Source: Labilithrix sp. (GTDB lineage Bacteria > Myxococcota_A > Polyangia > Polyangiales > Polyangiaceae). Taken from it: 64,000 nucleotides of DNA. Where the stretch lies: contig JAXLYU010000014.1 in assembly GCA_046351255.1 (NCBI GenBank), positions 251,730 to 315,729 on the forward strand, written 5' to 3'. Within the stretch, counting starts at the first letter, position 1. Each line of letters begins with the position of its first letter. The notes under the pieces were generated by a model. The model was not told the DNA's origin. It saw only the letters and a program-made list of their open reading frames with translations, and made no database searches. Below, piece by piece: positions 38,886 to 47,613 of the stretch. The position numbers and the translations under genes were made by a program.

Positions 38886-39986
38886 ATGGGAAGGTTCTTC
38901 TTGCGCGTCGGTGCCTGGCTGCTGGCCGTGCCCTACTTGCTGGCAGTGACGCTCGTCGTCACGGGCTCGCCGACCTGGTCCGCGATCGCCTACCTCCTCG
39001 CGCTTGGCCTGCTGATGGCCGGCCTCATGACGCTGCCCAGCGAGAAGGACGGGGCGCGCACCGTGTTCGGGAAGAAATGGCCGCGCGGCGTCTCGCGCGC
39101 GGGCCTGATCGCGATCTTCGCGGTCGTGTTCGTGCGGTGCTGCTCTGCCGGCTCGGGGGAGTCGCTCCACATGGCGACGTCGGCGCGTCTCGTCGATCGC
39201 CTCGTCGACGAGCAGGACGTCGCGCTCTCTGGGATGCGGGTCCTCTCGGGCGGACGCCTGCTCCAGGACGACAAGAAGGAGCTGCCGGGCGCGATGCGCG
39301 AGGCGTACGCGCAGATGCGCGACGAGCAGGGTGACGCGCCTTCGCCGTTCGTCGCGACCTACCTCGGCCTGCAGCGGCCGAGCGCGTACGACATGATCCT
39401 GGTCGATCCGCCGGGCCAGACACCGCCGACGACGGCGGTCGTGTTCCTCCACGGCTATGCGGGCAACTTCTCGCTGCCGTGCTGGCAGATCGCGCAAGCG
39501 GTGAAGGGGCTCGGCGTGCTCACGGCGTGTCCTTCGACGACCTTCGTCGGCGCCTGGGGCTCTGCGGATGGCGAAGAGACGGTGCGCGACGTGGTGAAGG
39601 TGCTGCGCGAGCGTGGCATCACGAAGATGGTGCTCGCGGGTCTCTCGAACGGCGGGTACGGCGCGTCGATGCTCGCGCCGAAGCTCGGGAGCACGTTTGC
39701 GGGCTACGTCTTCATCTCCGGTGTGGAAGACGACGCTGGTGTGGCGGGCGCCCCGGTGCTGCTCGTCCACGGCGCGCACGACTCGATGGCGGGTTACGGC
39801 GAGGCGGTCAGCTACCGGAGCAAGCACGCGAACGCGAAGCTCGTCACGCTGAACGCCGGCCACTTCGCGATGCTCGTCAAGCGCCCCGAGTTCGACAAGG
39901 CGCTGCGCGACTTCGTCGTTCACACCACGGGCGCTCGCGAGACGCTCGTGAGCGACTCGCGCATCAGGGCTGATCGGAGTCTTTGA
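38886..39986 (+). CDS. Membrane-anchored alpha/beta hydrolase (esterase-like)
   Basis: Three N-terminal TM helices. VVFLHGYAGN. Nucleophile elbow GLSNGG. C-terminal LVHGAHD His region. Confidence 0.7.
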   Translation: MGRFFLRVGAWLLAVPYLLAVTLVVTGSPTWSAIAYLLALGLLMAGLMTLPSEKDGARTVFGKKWPRGVSRAGLIAIFAVVFVRCCSAGSGESLHMATSARLVDRLVDEQDVALSGMRVLSGGRLLQDDKKELPGAMREAYAQMRDEQGDAPSPFVATYLGLQRPSAYDMILVDPPGQTPPTTAVVFLHGYAGNFSLPCWQIAQAVKGLGVLTACPSTTFVGAWGSADGEETVRDVVKVLRERGITKMVLAGLSNGGYGASMLAPKLGSTFAGYVFISGVEDDAGVAGAPVLLVHGAHDSMAGYGEAVSYRSKHANAKLVTLNAGHFAMLVKRPEFDKALRDFVVHTTGARETLVSDSRIRADRSL

Positions 39987-41115
39987 ACAGGTCGTCGTTG
40001 TCCGACGCGAACGGGATCGTCTGCGGCTCCGTGCAGTGTGCATCCGTCGTCACCACGTGGGCGCGACCTTCCGTGCTCGCCGTCCACTTCGTCTCGAGGG
40101 CGTCGGCGGAGCCCTTGGCGGTGGCCTCTTCCCAGACCTTCTGCGCCCAGTCGTGCATGCGCATCGGGTCGTAGATCGTGAACGGGACCTGGAACTCGTC
40201 GTCGTCGCCGCTCCAGGTCTTGAGCTTCTCGGTGCCCATGAGGATCGGCCAGCTGCTCGCGGGGATGGTCTCGCCGCCGGTCCAGAAGACGCTCTTGCCG
40301 TCGGGGCCGGGTGCGACGAGGTTCGAGCCCGTCGGATACGGATCGCCGTGGAACGCGTTCGCGATGCGCTTCGAGCCCGCGATCACGCTCTGCGTCCAGA
40401 GCGGCGTGAACTGCGAGCGGCGAAGCATGCCGGAGACGTCGACGACGTCCGCGCCGAAGATCGCGCAGCCGCCACCTTCGAAGCGGCGCGAGCGGAAGTC
40501 GCCGCCGTAGCGCTTGTACGCGCCGCTCTTCTCGTACGCCTGGTAGAACGACTTGACGCGCTTGCAGGTCGCGCCGTTGACGAGGATCGACATCTTCGCG
40601 AGGAGGCCGTTCTTCACGCGCAGGCGAATGTCCTCGAGCGCCGCGTCGCGCCCGCCCTCGGGCTGATCGTTGAGGTGACCGGGGAAGTCGCGGAGCAGGA
40701 GGCCGAAGCCGTCGACGGCCGCCTTCCACGACGTGGTCTCGCCGGTCTGACCGGTGAGGGGGATGCTCTCGCCTCCGCACTCGAGCTCGACGTTGACGTG
40801 ACCGATCGAGTGTCCGAGCTCGACGAGGCCCATCGCCTTCAGGGCGGACTCGCTGATCTCGCTCCGGATGGCCGTGTTGATGAGCGTGTTCGGCGTCGAC
40901 CAGTCGAGCGGCGTCGACGGCGGGATCAGGTAGAGGTTCAACTTGCCCGCGACGGGCTCGCTGCAGGAGGTCGGGTCGGCGGGACGATGCGGCGTCCACG
41001 CCGGTTCATTGAGCGCACTCTCGGACGTGATCGACTCCTCGGCCGGCGCGGAACAGGCGACCGCGAGACCGGCGACGGAGAGGCAGGCGATCAAGGTGGG
41101 GAAACGGGGGCTCAT
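39964..41115 (-). CDS. Hypothetical secreted lipoprotein
   Basis: Lipobox LAVACSA. 383 aa. No recognisable motif. Confidence 0.55.
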   Translation of the reverse strand: MSPRFPTLIACLSVAGLAVACSAPAEESITSESALNEPAWTPHRPADPTSCSEPVAGKLNLYLIPPSTPLDWSTPNTLINTAIRSEISESALKAMGLVELGHSIGHVNVELECGGESIPLTGQTGETTSWKAAVDGFGLLLRDFPGHLNDQPEGGRDAALEDIRLRVKNGLLAKMSILVNGATCKRVKSFYQAYEKSGAYKRYGGDFRSRRFEGGGCAIFGADVVDVSGMLRRSQFTPLWTQSVIAGSKRIANAFHGDPYPTGSNLVAPGPDGKSVFWTGGETIPASSWPILMGTEKLKTWSGDDDEFQVPFTIYDPMRMHDWAQKVWEEATAKGSADALETKWTASTEGRAHVVTTDAHCTEPQTIPFASDNDDLFKDSDQP

Positions 41116-41277
41116 GTGGGTGGGCAATGTCCCACTGATCCCGATCCGGTCAAGGAACTGCGCAGATAGAGACCTGAAATTTCTCCATTTGCGTCATTTT
41201 CGACACAACGCGTCGGGCGCAGCGACCCTTGCCGATTTTTCGCCCGTTTTTGGGACTGCGGGCGAGGATCCGCCTCC

Positions 41278-41775
41278 ATGAAACGGATCTCGATCCCCGC
41301 TCTTGCTGCCATTGCCATGCTTCTCGTTGCCTGCCCGAAGAAAGGCGGCGGCGCGGATGGCGGAATGGACGCTGACATTCCGACCGCAGATACGGCCGCC
41401 ACCACCGTCGATGCGGCCACCGGGACCGCCCCGACCCTCGCGACCGCCGCCAAGAAGGTCGTGAAGCCCGACGCCGGTGCGGACGGCGGCGCGGCGGGCG
41501 ACGCGGGCGCGGTGGCTGCGGGTGACGCGGGCGCGACCGCCGCCGACGCGGGGGCCACGGCGCAGACCTGCTGCTGCAAGGTCGGCGATGCGTACTCGAG
41601 CGGTGTCACGCAGAGCAACTGCGCCGGCACCATGAAGGGCGCGTGCGTCGCCAAGGAAGAGTGCGAGAAGCGCCAGTGCTGCTGCGATGCGGGCGGCAAG
41701 AAGTCGATCGCGATGCAGTCCGAGTGCACCAAGGCGATGAAGGGCAAGTGCGTTGCCAAAGACCAGTGCAAGTGA
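41278..41775 (+). CDS. Small lipoprotein with two CCC-containing Cys-rich repeats
   Basis: Lipobox LLVACP. G/A/D low-complexity linker. Internal repeat CCCKVGDAYSSGVTQSNCAGTMKGACVAKEECEK / CCCDAGGKKSIAMQSECTKAMKGKCVAKDQCK. Confidence 0.6.
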   Translation: MKRISIPALAAIAMLLVACPKKGGGADGGMDADIPTADTAATTVDAATGTAPTLATAAKKVVKPDAGADGGAAGDAGAVAAGDAGATAADAGATAQTCCCKVGDAYSSGVTQSNCAGTMKGACVAKEECEKRQCCCDAGGKKSIAMQSECTKAMKGKCVAKDQCK

Positions 41776-41816
41776 CGCTTACATAAGCGTGTAGACCGCG
41801 GCTGCGCGTCGGCGAC

Positions 41817-42944
41817 GTGGTAGGATCGGTCATGACGCCGACGCTGCCGCTCGAGACGATCGAGAAGCTTCCAAAGACCGATCTCCACGTCCATCTCGAC
41901 GGCTCGCTTCGTCTCTCGACGATCCTCGAGCTGGCCGAGAAAGCCCGCATCGAGCTCCCCGCCACGAACGAGGATGGCCTGCGCAAGGCCATGAACCTCG
42001 GTGAGAACTGCGGGTCACTCGTCGAGTACCTCAAGGCGTTCGACGTCACGCTCCGCGTCCTGCAAGACGCGGAGTCGCTGACGCGTGCGGCTTACGAGCT
42101 CGCCGAGGACGAGGCGAGAGAGAATGTAAGGTACATGGAAGTGCGCTACTCGCCGATGCTGCACACGCGGCGTGGCCTGAAGCTCACGACCGTCGTCGAG
42201 GCCGTGCTCGAGGGCCTTCGCGCCGCGCACGATCGCTACGGCATCGAGTCGAACGTCATCCTTTGCGGCATTCGCAACGTGTCACCGGAGAGCTCGCTCG
42301 AGATGGCGGAGCTCTGCGTCGCGTACAAGAACCGCGGCGTCGTCGGGTTCGATCTCGCGGGCGCCGAGTACGACCACCCCGCGAAGCACCACAAGGCGGC
42401 GTTCCAGCTCGTGCGCGACAACAACATCAACGTGACGATCCACGCCGGCGAAGCGTACGGCCCGGAGTCGATTCACCAGGCCATTCACCAGTGCGGCGCG
42501 CACCGCATCGGCCACGGCTGCCGTCTCCGCGAGGACGGTGACCTCCTCCACTACGTGAACGACCACCGCATCAGCCTCGAGTGCTGCCCCTCGTCGAACG
42601 TGCAGACGGGCGCCATTCGCGACCTCGCTAGCCACCCGATCAAGCTGTACAAAAACCTCGGCCTCCGCGTCACCGTGAACACGGACAACCGCCTCGTGAC
42701 CGACACGACCGTGTCGAAGGAGCTCTGGCTCTGTCACAAGGTGCTCGGCTTCACGCTCACGGATCTCAAGCAGGTCATCATGAGCGGCTTCAAGAGCGCG
42801 TTCCTGCCGTTCCACGTGAAGCAGCAATACGTGCGTCGCATCAGCGAGGAGCTGAAGTCCTTCGCAGATCCGGACAGCCCGATCGCGAGCGAGCTCGCCG
42901 CACCGATGCCGACCCCGAGCGCACCCGTGCCCTCGACGAACTGA
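41817..42944 (+). CDS. add: Adenosine deaminase
   Basis: HVHLDGS, HAGE and TVNTDN(R) metal/catalytic motifs of the ADA family. Its stop lies 1 nt before the rSAM start. Confidence 0.9.
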   Translation: MVGSVMTPTLPLETIEKLPKTDLHVHLDGSLRLSTILELAEKARIELPATNEDGLRKAMNLGENCGSLVEYLKAFDVTLRVLQDAESLTRAAYELAEDEARENVRYMEVRYSPMLHTRRGLKLTTVVEAVLEGLRAAHDRYGIESNVILCGIRNVSPESSLEMAELCVAYKNRGVVGFDLAGAEYDHPAKHHKAAFQLVRDNNINVTIHAGEAYGPESIHQAIHQCGAHRIGHGCRLREDGDLLHYVNDHRISLECCPSSNVQTGAIRDLASHPIKLYKNLGLRVTVNTDNRLVTDTTVSKELWLCHKVLGFTLTDLKQVIMSGFKSAFLPFHVKQQYVRRISEELKSFADPDSPIASELAAPMPTPSAPVPSTN

Positions 42945-42945
42945 G

Positions 42946-44229
42946 ATGAAGGATCCGCTCGAGGCCTCGGAGCGCGCCGCGATCCTCGCGCGGCCGCGGC
43001 CACGCCACGCGCTGCCCATCCTCGACGGTCCGCCGGAGCCCGGCGCGCCGAAGCGGCGGTACCTGCCGCTCGCCACGCCGCGCGAGTCGGATCGCGGGTT
43101 CGAGCCGCTCTTCGCGGTGTGGGAGGTGACGCTCCGCTGTGACCTCGCCTGCCGTCACTGTGGCTCGCGCGCCGGACGCGCGCGGCACGACGAGCTCTCC
43201 ACGGAGGAATGCGTCGATCTCGTTCGCCAGCTCGCCGGCATCGGCACCCGAGAGGTCGCGATCATCGGCGGCGAGGCGTACCTGCGCGACGACTGGACCA
43301 CGATCATTCGCGCCATCCGCGACCACGGCATGCGCGCCGTCATGACGACCGGCGGGCGCGGGCTGACCCCGGAGCGCGCGCGCGCGGCGAAGGAAGCTGG
43401 CCTCCAGGGGGTCAGCGTCTCGATCGATGGCGAGCGCGAGACGCACGATCGCCTGCGCGGCGTGAGCGGCTCCTACGACGCCGCGTTCGATGCGCTGCGG
43501 GCGCTGCGCGACGCGGGCATCAACGTCGCCACCAACACACAAATCAACCGGCTCACGATGCCGGAGATGCCACGCATGGTCGATCGGCTCGGCGACGCAG
43601 GCGTCCAGAGCTGGCAGATCCAGCTCACGGTGCCGATGGGCCGCGCCGCCGACGAGCCGGATGTGCTCCTCCAGCCGTACGACATGCTCGATCTCCATCC
43701 CATGCTCGCCGAGCTCGTCCCCGCCGCGAAGGCGCGTGGCATCGACGTCGTCGCCGGCAACAACGTCGGGTACTTCGGCCCGCACGAGTCGGCGCTCCGC
43801 GGGCGCACCCACTCGGGACACTCCGGGGGATGCGGCGCGGGTCGCGTCACGATCGGGATCGAGGCCGACGGGACGATCAAGGGCTGCCCGAGCCTCTCCA
43901 CCTCGACGTGGTCGGGAGGCAACGTGCGCGAGACCTCGCTCCAGGACATCTGGGAGCGCTCCACGGCCCTTCGCTACACGCGCGACCGGACCACGGAGGC
44001 GCTCTGGGGTTACTGCGCGTCTTGCTACTACGCCGACGAGTGCCGCGCGGGCTGCACGTGGACCGCCGACGTCATCTTCGGGAAGCCCGGGAACAATCCC
44101 TACTGCCACCATCGGGCGCTCGAGATGAAGAAGGCGGGCAAGCGAGAGCGGGTGGTCCAGGTCGAGGCCGCCCCGGGGCTGCCGTTCGACCACGGGCGAT
44201 TCGAATTGATCGAGGAGCCGATTGGATGA
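42946..44229 (+). CDS. Radical SAM / SPASM-domain enzyme (peptide-maturase-like)
   Basis: CxxxCxxC (CDLACRHC). Glycine-rich SAM motif region. C-terminal SPASM-type auxiliary-cluster cysteines (GGCGAGRVTIGIEADGTIKGCP ... CASCYYADECRAGC ... YCHH). Confidence 0.85.
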   Translation: MKDPLEASERAAILARPRPRHALPILDGPPEPGAPKRRYLPLATPRESDRGFEPLFAVWEVTLRCDLACRHCGSRAGRARHDELSTEECVDLVRQLAGIGTREVAIIGGEAYLRDDWTTIIRAIRDHGMRAVMTTGGRGLTPERARAAKEAGLQGVSVSIDGERETHDRLRGVSGSYDAAFDALRALRDAGINVATNTQINRLTMPEMPRMVDRLGDAGVQSWQIQLTVPMGRAADEPDVLLQPYDMLDLHPMLAELVPAAKARGIDVVAGNNVGYFGPHESALRGRTHSGHSGGCGAGRVTIGIEADGTIKGCPSLSTSTWSGGNVRETSLQDIWERSTALRYTRDRTTEALWGYCASCYYADECRAGCTWTADVIFGKPGNNPYCHHRALEMKKAGKRERVVQVEAAPGLPFDHGRFELIEEPIG

Positions 44230-44624
44230 ACACTCGAAGGATGGCGAAGCTTCACCCCTGCTCGGCGTGCGCACGGCACTTCAGGATCGCCGAGGCGATC
44301 TGCCCGTTTTGTGGCGCGGCCGCGGCCTCGTCGGTCTCGGGCGGAAAGCCGCTGCCGGTCGGGTCCGCCCTCACGCGCGCCGCGGTCGTCTTTGCGGTCA
44401 GCGCTGCGGCGGCGGCCTGCACGGGCGGCGGCGACGAGAACACGAGCTCCTCGGGCGGCTCGTCGACCAGCGGCGGCACCTCGACGTCGAGCGGCGGCTC
44501 GTCTTCGTCCTCGAGCGGCAACACGAGCGGCGCGGTCCCGGCCTACGGCGTCCCTGCGTTCGATGCCGGGACGAGCAGCGGCAACGCGCCGGCCTACGGC
44601 GTGCCGCCCACCGACGGCGGCTGA
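44226..44624 (+). CDS. Small protein: N-terminal CxxC...CxxC zinc-ribbon-like motif, hydrophobic segment, Ser/Gly-rich tail
   Basis: Start overlaps the rSAM stop (ATGA). CSAC-x12-CPFC. AAVVFAVSAAAAAC. SSSGGSSTSGG... tail with two PAYGVP repeats. The coding call rests on the coupling and frame. Confidence 0.5.
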   Translation: MNTRRMAKLHPCSACARHFRIAEAICPFCGAAAASSVSGGKPLPVGSALTRAAVVFAVSAAAAACTGGGDENTSSSGGSSTSGGTSTSSGGSSSSSSGNTSGAVPAYGVPAFDAGTSSGNAPAYGVPPTDGG

Positions 44625-44628
44625 GCGG

Positions 44629-45942
44629 CTACTGGCACTGGCCGCTGCACCGGGCGGCCTTGCACGTCGTGAGACGCTTGTAGAGTGCATCCGTATCGCA
44701 GCCCGCGGTCTCCGGGTTGCGCGTGCAGCGGTAGCAGTGACCGTCGCGCCCGCACGCGTCCTGCTCCGCGCAGCAGCCGCCGTTCATACAAGTGTTGCAC
44801 GCGCTGGGACCGGCATCGCCGGACGTCGCCTGCATCACCATTCCGCACTCCGGGACCGCGGCGCACGTCGTGTCGCCCGCGCACTGCGTCTCGCACGCGT
44901 TGCACGCGCAGTAGACGAGGGAGTGGTTGTACTTCGCGGCGCCGAACGGGAACTGGACTCCGCACTGCTTCTTGCAGTCGTCGCTCGCGCCCGCGTCGCC
45001 GCCGGCGCTGACGCACGCGGAGAGGCAGGTGCGGAGGCCGTTGCACTGCGCGTCGTTGTAGCAAGCGCGGCGGGCCTCGCCGCACGCGTTGGCGCCCGAG
45101 GTCGCCGTCTTCTTGCAAAGATCGCAGCTCGGCGCGGGGGCCGGCTTCGACATGATGCCCTGGAAGAACGCCTTGTGTGCGCTCGCGCGGACGCTGTAGC
45201 CGACGCCGACGCACGGCTCGTAGACGTACGAGTGGACCGCCGCGACGTACTCCTTGCCGCCGACCGTGACGAGGACGGGGCCGCCGCTGTCGCCGTGGCA
45301 GATGTCGCCGTTGTTGTCGTAACGGACGCCGACCGCGGTCGCGGAGAGGCTCGCGACGGTGCCGTCGATGCGATTCTTCAGCATGTTCGGACCCGCGTCC
45401 GTCTGGACGTCGGGACGGATGGTCATGCCCCAGCCGACGGACGTGACGCGCGTCTGGCCCTGCACCAGGTTGTCCGGGCTCAGCATCGGCACGACGGGCG
45501 TGTTCGCGTCGACTCCGATGACGCGGATCATCGCCACGTCGTACGGCGAGGTGGTCGCGCCGTTGTAGCTCGGGTGCTCGTAGTGATCGATGAACCCGTA
45601 CGAGACGAGCGTGGCGCTCGCCTTCTTGTCGTTGCCCTGCGTGATGGAGACGGAGGTCGCCTTGATCGTGCAGTGCGCAGCGGTGAGGACGTAGCCGATC
45701 TTCGTCGCCGGATCGACCGACACCATCGTGCCCGTGCAGCCCGAGTACTCGTCCTTGCCGCCGGGGCCTGGCTTCGTCATCGTGAGCGCCACGACCGCCG
45801 GGTGCCCCGTGTCACGCGAGCCGTTGATGATCGGCTCCGTCGTGTCCACGACGGGCACGTCGTCCTCGCTCGTGCTGACGGAGCACGCGACGGCGAGTGG
45901 GACAGCGGAGATGGCGATGAAGGCGAGGAGGCGGGCGAGCAC
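44629..45942 (-). CDS. Secreted S1 serine protease with a Cys-rich C-terminal domain (paralog 1)
   Basis: Signal/lipobox LAVACS. Catalytic TAAHC, DVAM, GDSGGPV. About 160-aa C-terminal domain with ~28 Cys after an APAPS linker. Confidence 0.8.
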   Translation of the reverse strand: MLARLLAFIAISAVPLAVACSVSTSEDDVPVVDTTEPIINGSRDTGHPAVVALTMTKPGPGGKDEYSGCTGTMVSVDPATKIGYVLTAAHCTIKATSVSITQGNDKKASATLVSYGFIDHYEHPSYNGATTSPYDVAMIRVIGVDANTPVVPMLSPDNLVQGQTRVTSVGWGMTIRPDVQTDAGPNMLKNRIDGTVASLSATAVGVRYDNNGDICHGDSGGPVLVTVGGKEYVAAVHSYVYEPCVGVGYSVRASAHKAFFQGIMSKPAPAPSCDLCKKTATSGANACGEARRACYNDAQCNGLRTCLSACVSAGGDAGASDDCKKQCGVQFPFGAAKYNHSLVYCACNACETQCAGDTTCAAVPECGMVMQATSGDAGPSACNTCMNGGCCAEQDACGRDGHCYRCTRNPETAGCDTDALYKRLTTCKAARCSGQCQ

Positions 45943-46039
45943 GAGGGGCGCTCTCTCTACACTCTGGAATGCGCTCGGGCCCTGAACTTTCCGAATGAGA
46001 CGCGGTCGAAAGGTGGGGGAACTGTGTCCGCCTCGCGAC

Positions 46040-47371
46040 TCAGTTCGTCGGACACTCCGTCGCGCACTTGGTCGCCCGACACGAGCGAACCGCGTCGAGC
46101 ATCGCGTTCGATGCGCATTCTGCGGCGCCCGGATTTTTCATGCAGAACGAGCAGTGACCGTCCGACGCGCACGCTGACTCCTCTGCACAGCAACCACCCT
46201 CCATGCAACCGTTGCAGGTTGCATCGGCGAACTTCATCCCGCACCGGGGAGCCGCCGCGCACTGCGTGTCGCCGCTGCACGCGGAGTCGCACTCGTTGCA
46301 GGAGCAGAACGCGATCTGGCTCTGGTATGGACCGACGCCGTACGGGAACTGCGCGACGCACGCCTTTTGACAGTCGGCGGAGGCGCCCGCGTCGCCGCCC
46401 GTCGTCGACGAGCAACGACCGAGGCACTTGGCGAGGCCACCACACTGCTCGTCGTCCAGGCACTTGCCACGCGCGACGGCGCAGGTCTGCGTGCCGGAGA
46501 GGCTCTTCTTCCGGCAGAGCTCGCACGTCTCGGCGGGCGCCGGCGCGTTGATGATCGACCTGTAGAACGCGATCTGCGCGCTCGCGCGGACGCTGTAGCC
46601 TTGGCCCACGCAGTCGCCCGTGACGAAAGAGTGCACGCCCGCGACGTACTCCTGGCCGTTGACGACCGTGAGCACGGGACCGCCGCTGTCACCATGGCAG
46701 ATGTCGCCGTGGTTGTCGTAGGTGACGCCCATCTGCTGCGAGGTGAGGCGCGTGACGGTGCCGCTGATGCGGTTCTTCGCCGTGTTCATGCCGGCGTCGA
46801 CGTGCGAGTTGGGGCGTGTCGTCTGGCCGAAGCCGACCGACGTGACGCGCGTCTGGTTCTGGCTCATCTGGTCGGGCGAGAGCACGGGCACCACGGGCGT
46901 GGTGGCGTCGACGCCGAGGATGCGGACCATCGCGACGTCGTACGGCGACGACGTCTGGCCGTCGTATTGCGGATGTGCCTTCGCGTCGAGGAACGCGTAG
47001 GAGGCGATGCCGGTGGCGGACGAGAAGTCGTTCCCCGAGAGCACCTGGATCGTCGTCGCGTTGCGGACGCAGTGACCGGCCGTGAGCACGTAGCCGACCT
47101 TCGTGGTGGGGTTCGTGCTGATGATGGTCCCCGTGCAGAGGGCGAAGTTCGGGCGCGTCGAGCCTGGGTCGGGCGGGAGCGTCATCTGGAGGAGGACGAC
47201 GGCGGGATGCCCCGTGTCCTTCGAGCCCGTGATGATCGGCTGGTCCTGACCCACCGCGACCTCGGGGACGAGGCCATCGTGCGAGTCGCCGCTCCCCACC
47301 GAGCACGCCAGCGGGAGAGCAAAGAGAGAAGCCAGCGCCAGAGCACGCTTGGTGGATCGGGGTAGGACCAT
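46040..47371 (-). CDS. Secreted S1 serine protease with a Cys-rich C-terminal domain (paralog 2)
   Basis: Signal/lipobox LPLACS. TAGHC, DVAM, GDSGGPV. Same Cys-rich C-terminal architecture as paralog 1 (e.g. GGDAGASxDCxKxC conserved). Confidence 0.8.
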   Translation of the reverse strand: MVLPRSTKRALALASLFALPLACSVGSGDSHDGLVPEVAVGQDQPIITGSKDTGHPAVVLLQMTLPPDPGSTRPNFALCTGTIISTNPTTKVGYVLTAGHCVRNATTIQVLSGNDFSSATGIASYAFLDAKAHPQYDGQTSSPYDVAMVRILGVDATTPVVPVLSPDQMSQNQTRVTSVGFGQTTRPNSHVDAGMNTAKNRISGTVTRLTSQQMGVTYDNHGDICHGDSGGPVLTVVNGQEYVAGVHSFVTGDCVGQGYSVRASAQIAFYRSIINAPAPAETCELCRKKSLSGTQTCAVARGKCLDDEQCGGLAKCLGRCSSTTGGDAGASADCQKACVAQFPYGVGPYQSQIAFCSCNECDSACSGDTQCAAAPRCGMKFADATCNGCMEGGCCAEESACASDGHCSFCMKNPGAAECASNAMLDAVRSCRATKCATECPTN

Positions 47372-47613
47372 GGGGTCCGATGTACTGACGCATAATGCAA
47401 CATGCGGCAAGTGCCCCGCAGCACCTACACCCTTTCCAAAGTGGAAAAGCGCGCGGTGCGATCGAATGGCCGGCCCGGGGAGGGCACGATCGGCTTCGAC
47501 ATGCTTCTTCCCCGGGAAGAAATCCGCTAGGTAGCTCGTTCGCCGCGGGCCAGGGGTCACTTTGGCTCACGGCACTTAGGGTTTTTACGGAGGATTCAGT
47601 GTCCACCGACGTG

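Noticed and set aside
44311-46551. 746-aa plus-strand ORF across the two S1 protease genes
   Set aside because: Antisense to two paralogous, motif-bearing protease genes. R/A-rich junk translation.
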